A stretch of 64,000 bases of DNA from Octopus vulgaris (GCA_951406725.2 OX597821.1:89962001-90026000); one strand, 5' to 3'. Positions 41,566-55,518 are shown, counted from the stretch's first letter. The notes: generated from the letters alone by a model not told the origin. Numbers and translations are program-made.

Positions 41566-43521
41566 CGCAGTTCCCTTATATATAAAGTCACTTCAGGGTC
41601 ATGGTTTAGAAAATGACGAAATTTCGTGTGAAAGGCCGGGTGGATTGTAAAAATAAATTGAAATGTCTATGTATTATGAGCGTGAGCGTTAACTGTTCAA
41701 TCATGCAGGAATTACAAAAAAAAAACAACAAAAACAACAAAAACACTTTAACAGACGATACAGTCAAGTAAACGCAACCCACAACCTTTGAAATTCACTT
41801 CATTATATCTCAATGACATACCAATTGAAACCCTTTCAATTGAAACACGTGTCTCATCATTATATGTCATAATTTTCCAAAATTCAACACACAATGCCGA
41901 GCTGATTCTTCGAGAATGCTAAGATCATATTCGTAAAATACATATATAGGGTAGCGAATATTCTTAGAAATATCACCACCGCTGGATTCCGGTGAATTTT
42001 TCGAAATTCCCCACTCCACCCCACCTAAAACACTTTCCCTCCACCCCCAAAAAGTTTTGTACATTCGGAATCTACATGATATAACACATATTTGTAGAAA
42101 ATGTCATTAGAAAATTTTCATTTTTCTGAAAGTTATGATCATCCAAATTCGGTGGAGAGGGGTGCAGAAATCTGTAGTTATGCCAGAATATTTTCTTCAG
42201 TCAATTCTGGTTATTTAACCAGCAAAATTTAGTACAATAACATTCTTGAAATTTATTTGTATTAAAGATCATATGTTATCATTAGCCGATAGAAGATGGC
42301 TTATTTGCAAGAAAATTCTGAAGTGGTGGATTATATCATATAACATCTTATTTCCTGCATGCGTTAGTAGTATTTTTGCTGTTCTATATGTACCATATTC
42401 TGCCATTGAAGCAACTGTTTTTCAATGTAACAGAAATGATATACAATGCGTTTTGTATGGTTGGATTCCGCATTAGAAGATAAGCTGGATATTTATTTAC
42501 TAGAACTAATTACTAAGTTTTACAATCTAACTAGCGGCAGGTTACACTGTAATTTCTCGTTTGAGTTATAAAAGTAATTATTTACCAGTACTTACAATCA
42601 TATTCATAAGTGAGATTCATACACCACTGTAGATATGTATTTATATATGGTCAATTTGTTTTGGGTATAGCTCTAGATTTTGGGAATAAGAAATATTGCA
42701 CTTCTAGTTAAGAGTATATAAGTGTAACTTAACTTTAAGTTTAGTTGCTAATAATTATTGCTAAATTTTTTATTAATTTCCGACATACAAACCATAACAA
42801 CTAACTACAAAACTACATACATCCTAGGTACTTACCTGTCTACCTACGCATATACATGCACAGCTACATATTAAATTATCTGTCCTTCTGGCAGATCCTC
42901 CATGGCTTCCAATGCAGATCGATCAACTGTTTGATCAGATGAACTACTACAACACGGGATGATAATGAGTAAACATCAACGTTTTGTCTATGCATATTTA
43001 CATTGAATGCAGTTCTGAAGCAGAATCTGTGTGAAAAATATAAGTCCGTTGAAATAAGGGAATAGATAGAAATAAGCTTGAGAAAGAGAAAGGCACAAAG
43101 GAGAATCGATTACAGTACTAATATTTTATCTATTGATCTACAAATGACGTAAAGCAATTTGATTACGACAAGAACTGATCCCAGATTACAGAGGATCGAC
43201 CGAATAAATGCCACAAGGTATTCTATTTGATATTTTAAAGCTCCACTCAACCCGCTACCATCCTTGCGTGTATCTGCGTGCACTTATGCATATGTACTTA
43301 CACTTATACATAGATGTGTACATAAATATTTGAGTAGTTGAATGAATTATCTTATTATGGATAATTCGGTTAACCGATACCTGGGTAGCAAATTCACGTC
43401 AGAAAAACACGGTTGAAGCTACGTGCCTAGGGCAGAGATCACGTGCTTTCGTGTGGAAATTTGTGTGTTTTTTTAAATACAAATAAATGAAAGAATGGAG
43501 TTGAACGACGAATTAACAAAA

Positions 43522-43620
43522 TTCCTTTATTTTCGACATATGTTTCGAAGGCTGCATATTCCTAATTTCGAAGGAATAAGGGGTGCATTATGCCGCCTTC
43601 TCATCAGGAAAAACAAGGAA
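43522..43620 (-). ncRNA. Type I hammerhead ribozyme motif (family H2), canonical GUC site
   Basis: Minus strand reads TTCCTTGTTTTTC-CTGATGA-GAAGGCGGCATA..TATGCAGCCTTC-GAAA-CATATG-TC-GAAAATAAAGGAA. Stem I is extended with a 2x2 internal loop, stem II is long, and stem III is the palindrome ACATATGT. Confidence 0.88.
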
Positions 43621-43929
43621 CTTATGTCAGCATCAAGATGCACAAAAAACTTTTAGATGACTGCCTACACGGAGCCCATAGCGATAATCTAGATGTGTAC
43701 ATATGTATGACAAACTAGAAGACTGGGTTTAGAATGATGAGTATAACGTCCTAATCTGGGTTCAAATCTCGCTGAATAAAAATTTGCTTTTCATCATTTG
43801 GCGATTCATAAATACACCACTCTTTCAATTATCGGTGCTAAACTCTGACAGCTTATTGATGGGGCCGTAAAACTGCATTATGTATGTGCGTGTGAGGGCA
43901 TACATAAACACAGACTCACACTCGTATGC

Positions 43930-43952
43930 ATACACACACACACACGCACACA

Positions 43953-44020
<68 letters not shown>
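43930..44020. repeat. (CA)n microsatellite
   Basis: Read directly. Confidence 0.96.
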
Positions 44021-44023
<3 letters not shown>

Positions 44024-44282
44024 CAACTCCCGAGGATAATGTCGGCTCAGCGGTTCAGTTTCTGAAAGGAGGCGTGAGTTGAGTCCATGAGCAACGCACT
44101 CCGTTTTCAATGAGCTGCGGCCAAGTGTTGGAGCAGACATCTCTACCTCCCGCTGTTTCATAGTAAGGCGATTTAGAGGATTTTCTGTGTGCGCGTAACA
44201 ATATAGTTACCTAAAACTATTACCAGAGGCAGGGTATATATTACAAATCATACACACATACACGCACGCACACACACACATA

Positions 44283-44317
<35 letters not shown>

Positions 44318-44393
44318 GCACAAAGCAAATGTGTGAATGCGTTTGTATTTAAATATCGAAGAATACTTAACGCCCTTTTCTTTTCACAAGTAT

Positions 44394-44604
44394 CTCTTTT
44401 ACTCTTTACTCTTTTACTTGTTTCAGTCATTTGACTGCGGCCATGCTGGAGCACCGCCTTTAACCGAGCAACTCGGCCCCGGGACTTATTCTTTTGTAAG
44501 CCCAGTACTTATTCTATCGGTCTCTTTTGCCGAACCGCTAAGTAACGGGGACATAAACACACCAGCATCGGTTGTCAAGCAATGCTAGGGGGACAGACAC
44601 GCAA

Positions 44605-44651
<47 letters not shown>

Positions 44652-44816
44652 TACGACAGGCTCCTTTCAGTTTCCGTCTACCAAATCCACTCACAAGGCA
44701 TTAGTCGGCCCGGGGCTATAGCAGAAGACACTTGCCCAAGATGCCACGCAGTGGGACTGAACCCGGAACCATGTGGTTGGTTAGCAAGCTACTTACCACA
44801 CAGCCACTCCTGCGCC
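44394..44816 (-). mobile_element. SINE family A, full length
   Basis: Reverse-complement match to 57232-57641. Confidence 0.93.
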
Positions 44817-45139
44817 TATATTTAATTTAAAATTTTCATTGTTGGGATTACAAATTATTTGAGATTATTTGTTCGTTATATCTCAGTGATTAAATCTACC
44901 TTACTTCAGCCATAGCTTTAGGTAGTTAAACACAATTCAAAATGGCTATGAGAAGCTCTCACCAAAAATGTTGTCTGTCGTATGTAAGCTTCATATAAAC
45001 GTTCATATATGGCATTCCATTCGTAAATGACAACTTAAATAGCATAAATATTTACTCATCTAGCGAAGCATTCTAGACATGGTTCCTTGCTCAGAGACAT
45101 TCTAATAGGCCAACCCGCCAGCATTTATGCATACATAGC

Positions 45140-45475
<336 letters not shown>

Positions 45476-45547
45476 GTGATCTTCGTTATTGATATAAATG
45501 TTTGGAATTGCACGCATTTTCTGTAGGTGTGTAGGTATTTTTAAATG

Positions 45548-45599
<52 letters not shown>

Positions 45600-45615
45600 T
45601 ATATATTATATTATA

Positions 45616-45668
<53 letters not shown>

Positions 45669-45706
45669 TATATATTATATTATATACATATGTATATATG
45701 TATATT

Positions 45707-45744
<38 letters not shown>

Positions 45745-46257
45745 GTTGCAAAAGATAAAATATATATTGTTAATCAGCCCTTTATTACTAGACCGTTGTT
45801 TTATTGAGGATTGCCGATTAGAATGCGTCTGGAGCAACGGATCATATCTAGAATGTATTGCCAGCCGAGAAAAATATTTAATCTGTCGTTTATGAATGGA
45901 ATGTCAAATTAGATATTATATTGAGTTGTATGGAATTTACATAGTTCTAAATGCTCAATAAATAGGATTATAAGACGTGTTGTGTGTGTATTTGTATATC
46001 AATGTATGAGTAAATGAGTGCATGTGAGTCTTCATGCTTCATGATGAAAAGTTTGTACGTTCGTAGGTGCAGAAGCACATACATACGCATATGTATATGT
46101 GTACATCTGTATAGCCAAAAGCCATATCAACATTTTAATATCTTATTGTATGTGTGCAAGTATGCATATATGTACACGCACTCACACACACACATACACA
46201 TACCAATATACAATACATATATGGACATAATACATACAAGTATATATATATATATAT

Positions 46258-46596
46258 CCAACATCACCATCAAAATACAGGTCCAGATACTGCAACAGCT
46301 TGGGTTTCAGAGGACCACAGCTCTTTAACATCCTCTCTAAATGCCTGAGAGACTTACATGGTGTGGATGTGGGTTTCTTTAAAACTAAACTGGATCTCTT
46401 CTTGTTGGGAGTCCCAGATGAACCTACCTCACGACAGGAGACACGGATGCGGGCAGCAGCATCGAACTCCCTTGTTGATCAGGTGCCACGTATCAGAGGT
46501 GGATTCACAAACTAGTGTAGCTCATTCAGCGGTGGTGCCCCAGCATGGCCGCGGCCTTCGGGCTAAAACATTTTTAAGGATTTAAGGATTTAAGGA
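46258..46596 (+). mobile_element. 5'-truncated CR1/L2-group LINE 3' end (ORF2 C-terminus, 3' UTR and (TTTAAGGA)3 tail)
   Basis: ORF 46300-46515 GFRGPQLFNILSKCLRDL..FKTKLDLFLLGVPDEP..RAAASNSLVDQV is typical of an ORF2 C-terminus. Ends in a short tandem repeat. Confidence 0.82.
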
Positions 46597-46979
46597 TATA
46601 TATACATAGACATTTGTGTATGTATGTATATATGAATATATACATAAATATGTGTAATTACATATATGCATACATTGTATACATAATTTACGGCTCTTGC
46701 AGATAGATTGATACCAATTTTAAGCAGTTGACTTTGTGGGTTTAACATTTCAGTTTTTGACAAAACCTCGCTTGCTTGAAAATCTAACCTAGCTCTTTAT
46801 TTTTCAGGTAAAGAGCGAACTGATTCGACAACAGGAAGTCATGGAACAGCCAAATCGTTCCACCATTGTTGTTTGGTGTGTGATGGGCACACTGGTAACA
46901 AAATTGCTAAGTTGACAAAAACTTGTAGAAGCAATAGTTTATCGTGTGTATAAACAATATAAAGAAGAGTGCAAGATTT

Positions 46980-47132
46980 AAAATCGAACATTGTCAATTT
47001 AATTTTAAAAATTTCATATGTGGCTGAAGAGTGCACTACATTTTAAAACTGATGTAATACTTACATTGTTTAATTAAATGAAGTAGCATGAAACGATTGT
47101 ACTACACTACCTTTGCATATCTTTGTTGCTTA
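46980..47132 (+). repeat. Direct repeat copy 1 (~153 bp) containing a hammerhead
   Basis: Near-identical to 48524-48676; followed by (TA)n. Confidence 0.92.
47019..47106 (+). ncRNA. Type I hammerhead ribozyme motif (family H3)
   Basis: TGTGG-CTGAAGA-GTGC..long hairpin..GCAT-GAAA-CGATTG-TA-CTACA. GUA triplet, predicted cleavage after 47101. Quasi-palindromic stem III ACGATTGT. Confidence 0.82.
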
Positions 47133-47135
47133 TTT

Positions 47136-47190
<55 letters not shown>

Positions 47191-47221
47191 CATACATACA
47201 TACATACATACATACATACAT

Positions 47222-47294
47222 ACATACATACACATGTATGTATACAGTTCTGTGTAAATATAAATATAATGGGTGATAGAGTGAGAAAGATATG

Positions 47295-47325
<31 letters not shown>

Positions 47326-47403
47326 ATGTGTGTGTACGCGCACTTACAGACCTGTAAATAGTCCTTCCCCACATCATACATACAAACCCCTATCAATCCA
47401 TCT
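47222..47403 (+). repeat. Local duplication copy A' (partner 45140-45475)
   Basis: Same unique blocks as 45140-45475. Confidence 0.85.
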
Positions 47404-47409
47404 TGCCCT

Positions 47410-48005
47410 CTTCTTTACAGGACACAAAGCTCGAAGTGATTCCAAGCGCAATCCAAAGTTTCATGCTGGTCTCAAGCACTGGATTGAAGCCAACCCATCA
47501 ACATCCCTCACAACTCTTACAAAGAAGCGCAGTGTGTCTCTTTCCACGGTGCCCAGAGATGTGAGCAGGAACTTTGGGCTTACTAGCTATGTTCGACGAC
47601 GCCGTCACCTCCTAAGAGCCATGACAGGCAATCAGAGACGAGAGATGCGCAAAGCTTTCGTCACCGATCAAACATCAAATTGCAAGAAAATCTCTCTTGT
47701 GATTGTGGTCGAAAAGATGTTCAATGTGAACAGGGAGGAGAATCGTAGAAATTCTCAAGTGATTACATACAAACCCTTCTGACGTCCCACTTGTGCTTCT
47801 GGCTAAACATTCTACCTCTGTGACGGTATTTGGAACTGTGGCGAGTGATGAAAGTGTCATGGATTCATAGTTTATGAAGTCTGGCTTGAAGTTCGACGCA
47901 AAAGAGTATCTAAACATATGGAAGAACTCTCTTTTTCACTTGGACAGAACAGAAGTTCGGGCTTGACAATGTGGTGCTTATCCAGGATTCTGCACCCTTG
48001 TCGTG
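47410..48005 (+). mobile_element. Decayed Tc1/mariner-superfamily transposase fragment (maT/DD37D-like)
   Basis: IEANPSTSLTTLTKKRSVSLSTV (HTH), EKMFNVNREENRRNSQVI, KHSTSVTVFGTVASD (cf. KHPASVMV.G.VASDG) and LIQDSAP (cf. FQQDSAP). Frameshifted. Confidence 0.8.
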
Positions 48006-48523
48006 GTAAATAGTAATATATTTTTTATTGATGAGTTAAATTAAAGGAATATGCTAGACATAATATTTATTATCTGTAACGAAAAAAAAACTTATCAATT
48101 AGCACATATATCAAGAGCCTATAAGATATTTCAAAGTGTAATGGAAGGGATGTAATCAAGATGAACTTAATAATTTCACTAGATGTATGGAATTTATGCA
48201 ATCCTACATAGGAAAGTTTTAAATATTTTAATTTCAATTTATTCAATTCATTTATAATATAAAATTTCTGAATAATCTATGCAGGTTAAATAAAAGCTAG
48301 TATGGTATATTATTTCCTTATTTGGTTACAAATCATTAAGATTTGAAAATTTAGGAATAGTCAAAATTCTATTATTTAAAATACTTAAAAGTACGGGTAG
48401 CACAATGTATGCAGGATCCTCCTAGATCAAAACAGCTATTCAATAAGTTTATATTATTCCTATATAGACCTCTATGTCTATATATCTACCCTCTTTGTAA
48501 TGTTGGCAAATGGAATAAGTATA

Positions 48524-48672
48524 AAAATCGAACATTGTCAATTTAATTTAAAAAATTTCATATGTGGCTGAAGAGTGCTCTACATTTTAAAACTGAGGTA
48601 ATACTTACATTGTTTAATTAAATGAAGTAGCATGAAACGATTGTACTACACTACCTTTGGATATCCTTCTTG

Positions 48673-48676
<4 letters not shown>
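48524..48676 (+). repeat. Direct repeat copy 2 containing a hammerhead
   Basis: Near-identical to 46980-47132 at an offset of 1544 nt; followed by (TA)n. Confidence 0.92.
48563..48650 (+). ncRNA. Type I hammerhead ribozyme motif (family H3)
   Basis: TGTGG-CTGAAGA-GTGCT..AGCAT-GAAA-CGATTG-TA-CTACA. Core identical to 47019-47106. Confidence 0.82.
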
Positions 48677-48768
<92 letters not shown>

Positions 48769-49439
48769 CAGCCGGGGGATACAAGCAGTATAGACCTCAT
48801 ATACAAAAGGTATGTGTGCTTTGCCAGTTCGTGAGTAGGCTGCGATTTACAGGCTTAAGAAAATTTATTTTCAGTTCGCTTGGTGTTAAAACACCTAGAA
48901 GACATACACATACAGGCATTTGCACGCTAAATATACTACAAGAGGTGACTGAATTTAAAAGTTCAACTTGACAAAACGCCCAAGTATGCGACCAAAAAAC
49001 ACTTGTCATTTATGCAGAACTACGACTTGTCGAATTAGGAAATTGTCCTAAACGTGCAGTGCCTGTTACATTAGGGTAAATTGGATTGTTCGAGAGAAAG
49101 TTTATTGATGATGGGCAGAATTCTAATAACGTATCGATTGTAGGTGATGGTCATTTTGTCACCTACCTAGTATCTTAATAATTCAACCAAGTGTGATCTC
49201 TTTTGCAGAAAGATGATTGCACATTTTGAAAATTAAAAGTCTTACCAATATACTCTCTGCTGAGCGAACGCTACTCACAAAGCTGGCTATGTGATTTTAT
49301 AGAACGTTCATATGGAAGACGCAGTGAATAACTAACACAAAATTTAACATAGAGCAACTGAAATACTCGCTGAGAAATTATGGATGGATAGCAAGGTGGG
49401 TGATTTGGCGAGAGGCATGCTTAGTATAATTACTTGTTA

Positions 49440-49659
49440 AAAGGGGGATACTGAAAACTTTCTGGCTTTGGGTAAAAGAAGATATAGGAAGATCAGTGAA
49501 TTATGATTTTCTTAAACAAAATCCCCTCTCAGATTCACACACTTATCGCAGCGGTTCTTCAGTTTTTCTGAGCCCTGTAAAAGAGCTCAGAATGCTGGAG
49601 CGCGAACCAGGCATTTCGCGACACCTTTAAAACCAGGAAATTTTCAGCATACCCTCGTA
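49440..49659. mobile_element. Mariner-derived MITE
   Basis: Inverted ends GGGGGATACTGAAAACTTTCTGGCTTT and AAAACCAGGAAATTTTCAGCATACCCTCGTA, with a TACGAGGG-type TIR. Confidence 0.75.
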
Positions 49660-50972
49660 GAAACTAAAAAGATTGAAGTTTTGATTATTTCATATTTTAC
49701 CTATTAATACATTTACACTGTGATAGGTTTAAATATATACAATAGATTTCTTTTCCACATGTTAATTATAAGTTTTGGACTGAATTTTCCAGCTAGTGAA
49801 ATGAGGGAGAATGTTGGCGATGGTTCAAGCAAACAATGGTGAAGGATGTTCTGACTGTGTGATTGGGACAAGGAAGCGTGTATCATAAAGCTGAAACAAG
49901 GCAGAATTTAGAGCTGGCCTAGGGCATTGAATACCATAATACCGTCTCTGGATCTCGTGACAAAATACGTGCTCTTGAAGACTTGGTTTAGTATCCAATT
50001 ACGTAACCATTCAACCATCTATATATTTTCCTATAATTTTTCACAATTCTAAATCATTTAGGAAAATAAAATTAAGCCTACCTATTCACCATAGAATTGT
50101 AAACGCTAGCACGGATCATCATTCAATTATAAACGAATTTCATAGCAAAACTACTGTATCACTTGATGCATGCTGTGGCACAATGAATAACTATAATCTT
50201 CACTGCAAGAACGATGAACTGTATTAAGAAATAGCCAACAACTCTTTCCTTTATAACACAATCACCCTCTCCCTTCATCTTCAGATCTTTGACACTATAA
50301 ACCAGAACAAAGAACTTCAGTGAATCTGGTACTGAACTGGCTCCAGGGCAATCTGGTTTAAAGCAGTGCACTTCAATGCAGTGCGATATATGCTGCAGGA
50401 TGTGCATAAACATGCAAAGAAACATTTAAATCCTATCTCTCTCATACTTTTCTTATACACACAGCTACATATACATATATATGTGTGTACGTGTGCGCGT
50501 GTGTATAACGACAAACGTAATATAGATTAATGAATATACGCTTACAGACACATATATATACATGATCATATATGTGTATGGATATAAGTGCATGTATTTA
50601 TTTGTATGCTTTTGTATGCACAGTCAGAAACATATACGTACTACAAACACTCACACATACGAACACACTCGCGCATATTCACAGATGTCTTTGTGTGTAT
50701 GTGTATTTGTCCGCTGAGAGATATACAAAGTAGGTATATAATGATTAATGCATAAATTGGTTCTTGAGTATTTGATAGATTGGTGCACATACCGACAGAT
50801 AGTCAAACAGCAATACAGTTTCATAGGAATAAGGGTAGATAGATGGATACATAGGTACATAATAACTTAGATAGGTACAGAAAGAGACGGACAGCTAAAA
50901 GAATATATCGTTGGATATATAGATAAACAGTTTGATAGATATATGATATATGTGTGTATGCATGTATGCGTG

Positions 50973-51170
<198 letters not shown>

Positions 51171-51313
51171 AAAAATAGAGAGATAGATAAGTTGGAGAGA
51201 AGTTCAATAAAATACAGATGTTAACTAGTTTCCGTAAGTATAAATGGACAGAGGTATAACAAGTTCGGTAAATAGATTGATTGCTACACAAATATATAAT
51301 TAAATAAGCAGGT

Positions 51314-51428
<115 letters not shown>

Positions 51429-51927
51429 GCGGAGACACAGATATAATCAGCAATTACAGTTATTTCTGGTAGATGTGGAGTTGAAATGTTTATAAGAAAT
51501 TTAATAAGTGGCAGCGTTTTCTTTAGAGAATGCATGAAAGCTATTCCCGAAGAACGCCATTTAAGCAAATTTCGGTATTTGCTAAAGACATTTCACTTCA
51601 GTACAAGAAAAGACTGACGAAGAAGAGACAGAAGAAAAACGTTGATTCAATCATAAGTAAAATCTATTCACATGTAAATTCAAAATAGTAACCGTACACG
51701 CCACCCTTCCTTGCAATTGGTTCTAAAATGTTGGCAGTTTGCTCTTTTGGAATTTCATGGGGATGTTCTCTCCTGACTTAGAAAAGATTTAATCAGGTGT
51801 ATACCACGGAAACAGTTAATATAATTGCAATGAGTTATATAATCTGATCAAATACACACACAGTTACAGTATCGCACATACATACATACATACATAGGAA
51901 CGAACACACACATATATATATGTATGA

Positions 51928-52002
<75 letters not shown>

Positions 52003-52043
52003 GTATGTATATATGTATATATGTATATATGTATATATGTATA

Positions 52044-52081
<38 letters not shown>

Positions 52082-52322
52082 CACGCGCACACATGCACAC
52101 ACATATATATATATATACATAGAGAGAGAGAAAGAGAGAGAGCGAGAGAGAGACAGATAATTGCAAACGTTATCATCCTCATCATTATCACTTCACTTCA
52201 ATCTTTCTACGTTTGCCTCTGATTGACGGTCTCACAGAGACAATGTTCAGAACTAGTGATAACACCCCATCCTACCCACTAGAGCTCATGATATGCACAA
52301 CCTCAAGATGCACAACATAAGT

Positions 52323-52365
<43 letters not shown>

Positions 52366-52555
52366 AATCTCTGAGTGAGGTATAAACAGTAGCTGCACGA
52401 CAACGTGAAGTATATTTGCCACTTAAATGTGGCTAACCACTAAGGGTGGATGCTACTGTAGCTTGTAGCCCCAGGAGAACATCTTCTCCCGCTGGCTATT
52501 GACACACTTTCTGTGCCCTGTCAGTGTTTGCAAAGGTAAATATATAAATATATAA

Positions 52556-52620
<65 letters not shown>

Positions 52621-52767
52621 GTATATTTATATATGTATACATATATATCCAAGCCCCAACAATTTGCTTTGACCATTCATTATTTGTTCTTTGAGAAAAA
52701 TCTCAGGGATAAAACCAGTCAAATCAATCACAACAGCAAGATGTAATCAGTGATGATGTTGCTAATT

Positions 52768-53346
52768 CGAGCTGACAGAAGCGTTAGCACACTGGGCGAA
52801 ATGCTTAGTGATATTTCAACTGTCCTTACGTACTGAGTTCAAATTCCGTCGAGGTCGACATTGTCTTTTATCCTTTCGGAGAAGATTAAATAAGTACCAG
52901 TTACGCACTGGGGTCGATACAATCGACTTAATCCATTTATCTGTTCTTGTTTGTCCTCTTTGTGTTTAGCTCCTTGTGGGTAGTAAAGAAATAGGTATCT
53001 CGTCTGTCTCTACGTTCTGAGTTCAAATTCCGCCAAGGTCGACTTTGCCTTTCATCCTTTCGGGGTCGATAAATTAAGTACCAGTTACCCACTGGGGTCA
53101 ATAAAATCGATTTAATCCATTTGTCTGTCCTTGTTTGTCTCCTCTGTGTTTAGGCTTTTGTGGGTAGTAAAGAAATGTGTATTTCGTCTGTCCTTACGAT
53201 CTGAGTTCAAATTCTGCCGAGGTCGACTTTGCCTTTCATCCTTTCGTGGTCGATAAATTAAGTACCAGTTGCGTACTGGGGTCGATCTAATCGACCGGCC
53301 CCCTCACCCAAAATTTCGGGCCTTGTGCCTAGAGTAGAAAAGAATT
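52768..53346 (+). mobile_element. SINE family B trimer ending in the alternative tail
   Basis: Three core units with ~184-bp period. The last ends in GGCCTTGTGCCTAGAGTAGAAAAGAAT. Confidence 0.9.
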
Positions 53347-53887
53347 TGATAACTCATCAGCGGGCTGAAGTTTCAGAGATCTTCAGTCGTCCTGAAATTA
53401 GAAATCGCCTTCACGTTTGAAGTCACACATTTTGAATATTTATTTGAATAAAGCAAATACTGGTAGGTTATTTTTTATTTAGTAAAACTAATGTATTTCT
53501 GAAAATAGACTTGTAGTTTAATTCTGTTAGTACTTGTTATCCTAAATGTTGTAGCAAAATGTCTGCTTCCCTTCTCTTATTTTGTCTGTATTTCTTGCAG
53601 TATGTGTACGTATCGATGTATACACACGCACACACACACTCACACATACGCATATGATAGCAGTATCTTTATGTATATGCATTCATATGAACATATGTAT
53701 ATGTGTGTATACACACACACACACACATATATATATATACATATATGGGTATACTTATGTATACATATAGATAAAGCATACATAAAAATATATTTGCACA
53801 TATACGCACGCGATTTTTATGCACATATATATACATTATGTATTATTTATATATGTGAGTGTGTGTGTATACATATATGTGTGTGTT

Positions 53888-53918
<31 letters not shown>

Positions 53919-54391
53919 ACGCGCGCCCAAACACACATACATATACAAACAGAAACGTATAAGAACATTAAGACCTATTTTTGAAGTTATATGGATTATA
54001 TGACCTAAACAATAAACAATCAATATATATTTCTTATAGAGTATATCTGATTTCTGGTTTATCTAGATTTTATCACTGTCAAATTGAGTTCGACAAAAAA
54101 CATTCAGCTTTATATCAACATATCTGTGGCTTTGATACTTTATTGGGACAATAAAATAGTTGTAAATACCTGAAGTCTTCAAATACAGAATAACAAATAT
54201 CTATAGAGGGATGTATGTGAGTTAATATGAGTTTCAATGTGTGAATTGTCGAAGTGAATACATGATATATCTAGTATTGCCCATACTTTTAGATTCTGGT
54301 AGTGGAAAATTTATAAGGTAGGTAAAGTGAGGAGATTGGTTGGGCCATGGCACGTCATATATATATATATATATATATATATCTATCTATA

Positions 54392-54702
<311 letters not shown>

Positions 54703-54717
54703 ATATATATATATATA

Positions 54718-54862
54718 GGTGCGGCTGTGTGATAAGGAGCTTGGTTCCCAATTCAGTCACACTGCGTGGCACCTTCGGCAAGTGTCTTTTACTATGTAGC
54801 TTCGGGCCAGCCAAAGTCTTGTGAGTGGATTTGGCAGATGGAATTTGAAAGAAGCTCGTCGT
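54718..54862 (+). mobile_element. SINE family A, 5' half
   Basis: CAGTCACACTGCGTGGCACC..GGCAAGTGTCTT..GTGAGTGGATTTGG. Confidence 0.8.
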
Positions 54863-54949
54863 ATATATATATATGTAAGGAAGAATGTAACAATCGAGAA
54901 GGTGAATAATAGTGACCCTTTTCTGTGCACAGTCCGTGACAGATCATGT

Positions 54950-55250
54950 CCGTCTTTTGCTAGCCTCAAATCTCAGCTGTGAACGCATGGAAAACGAACC
55001 TCCACCTATATGCCTGTGCACACATTTGAATGTAGAGTATGCCAGAAATGTTTGCAAATCCAATGGAGGCCTCAAAAGACATTTTAAGAGCAGAACTTAT
55101 CTGCATCTCTTGGTGGTCCAAATCGGTGGTGCAATCTATGTGGGTGTCTTTTCAGCACATTGTCTGGTTGAAAAAGCCACATCAGATGCCATGATGGTGC
55201 TAAAGCGTAGGCACAGGAGGTGGTCAAACTCTACATAAGAAGTAGATAAT
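54950..55250 (+). mobile_element. Decayed LINE 3' end with C2H2-like fingers (RTE-like)
   Basis: Frameshifted FECRVC..VCKSNGGLKRHFK and CNLCGCLFSTLSG*KSHIRCH resemble RTE C-terminal C2H2 motifs. Confidence 0.5.
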
Positions 55251-55483
55251 CACATATATATACGGTTATGTGTATGTAATAATACTTGTGTGTATATTTT
55301 TACATGCATTGCGCTAACGATGGAAAAAACTCTAAGATTTTAATCTTGAAATTAGTTACTTCGCAATTAATTTAGAGTCTTTTTAAAATATTTTTTCACT
55401 TGCCCACTTTCAACCGCATGAATTTATGGAGTTTTTCTCGCTAATTTCGTAAGTTGTTGACATTTATTCACTATGGAGGAGTA

Positions 55484-55518
<35 letters not shown>

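Noticed and set aside
45805-45885. TTGAGGA..hairpin..GAAAAATATTTA, hammerhead-like
   Set aside because: Uncompensated C3U, weak base of stem II and no stem I. At best a heavily decayed copy.
50159-50425. 88-aa ORF or possible exon on the minus strand
   Set aside because: No recognisable homology. The plus strand has a faint FDTIN RT-like motif, suggesting LINE debris.
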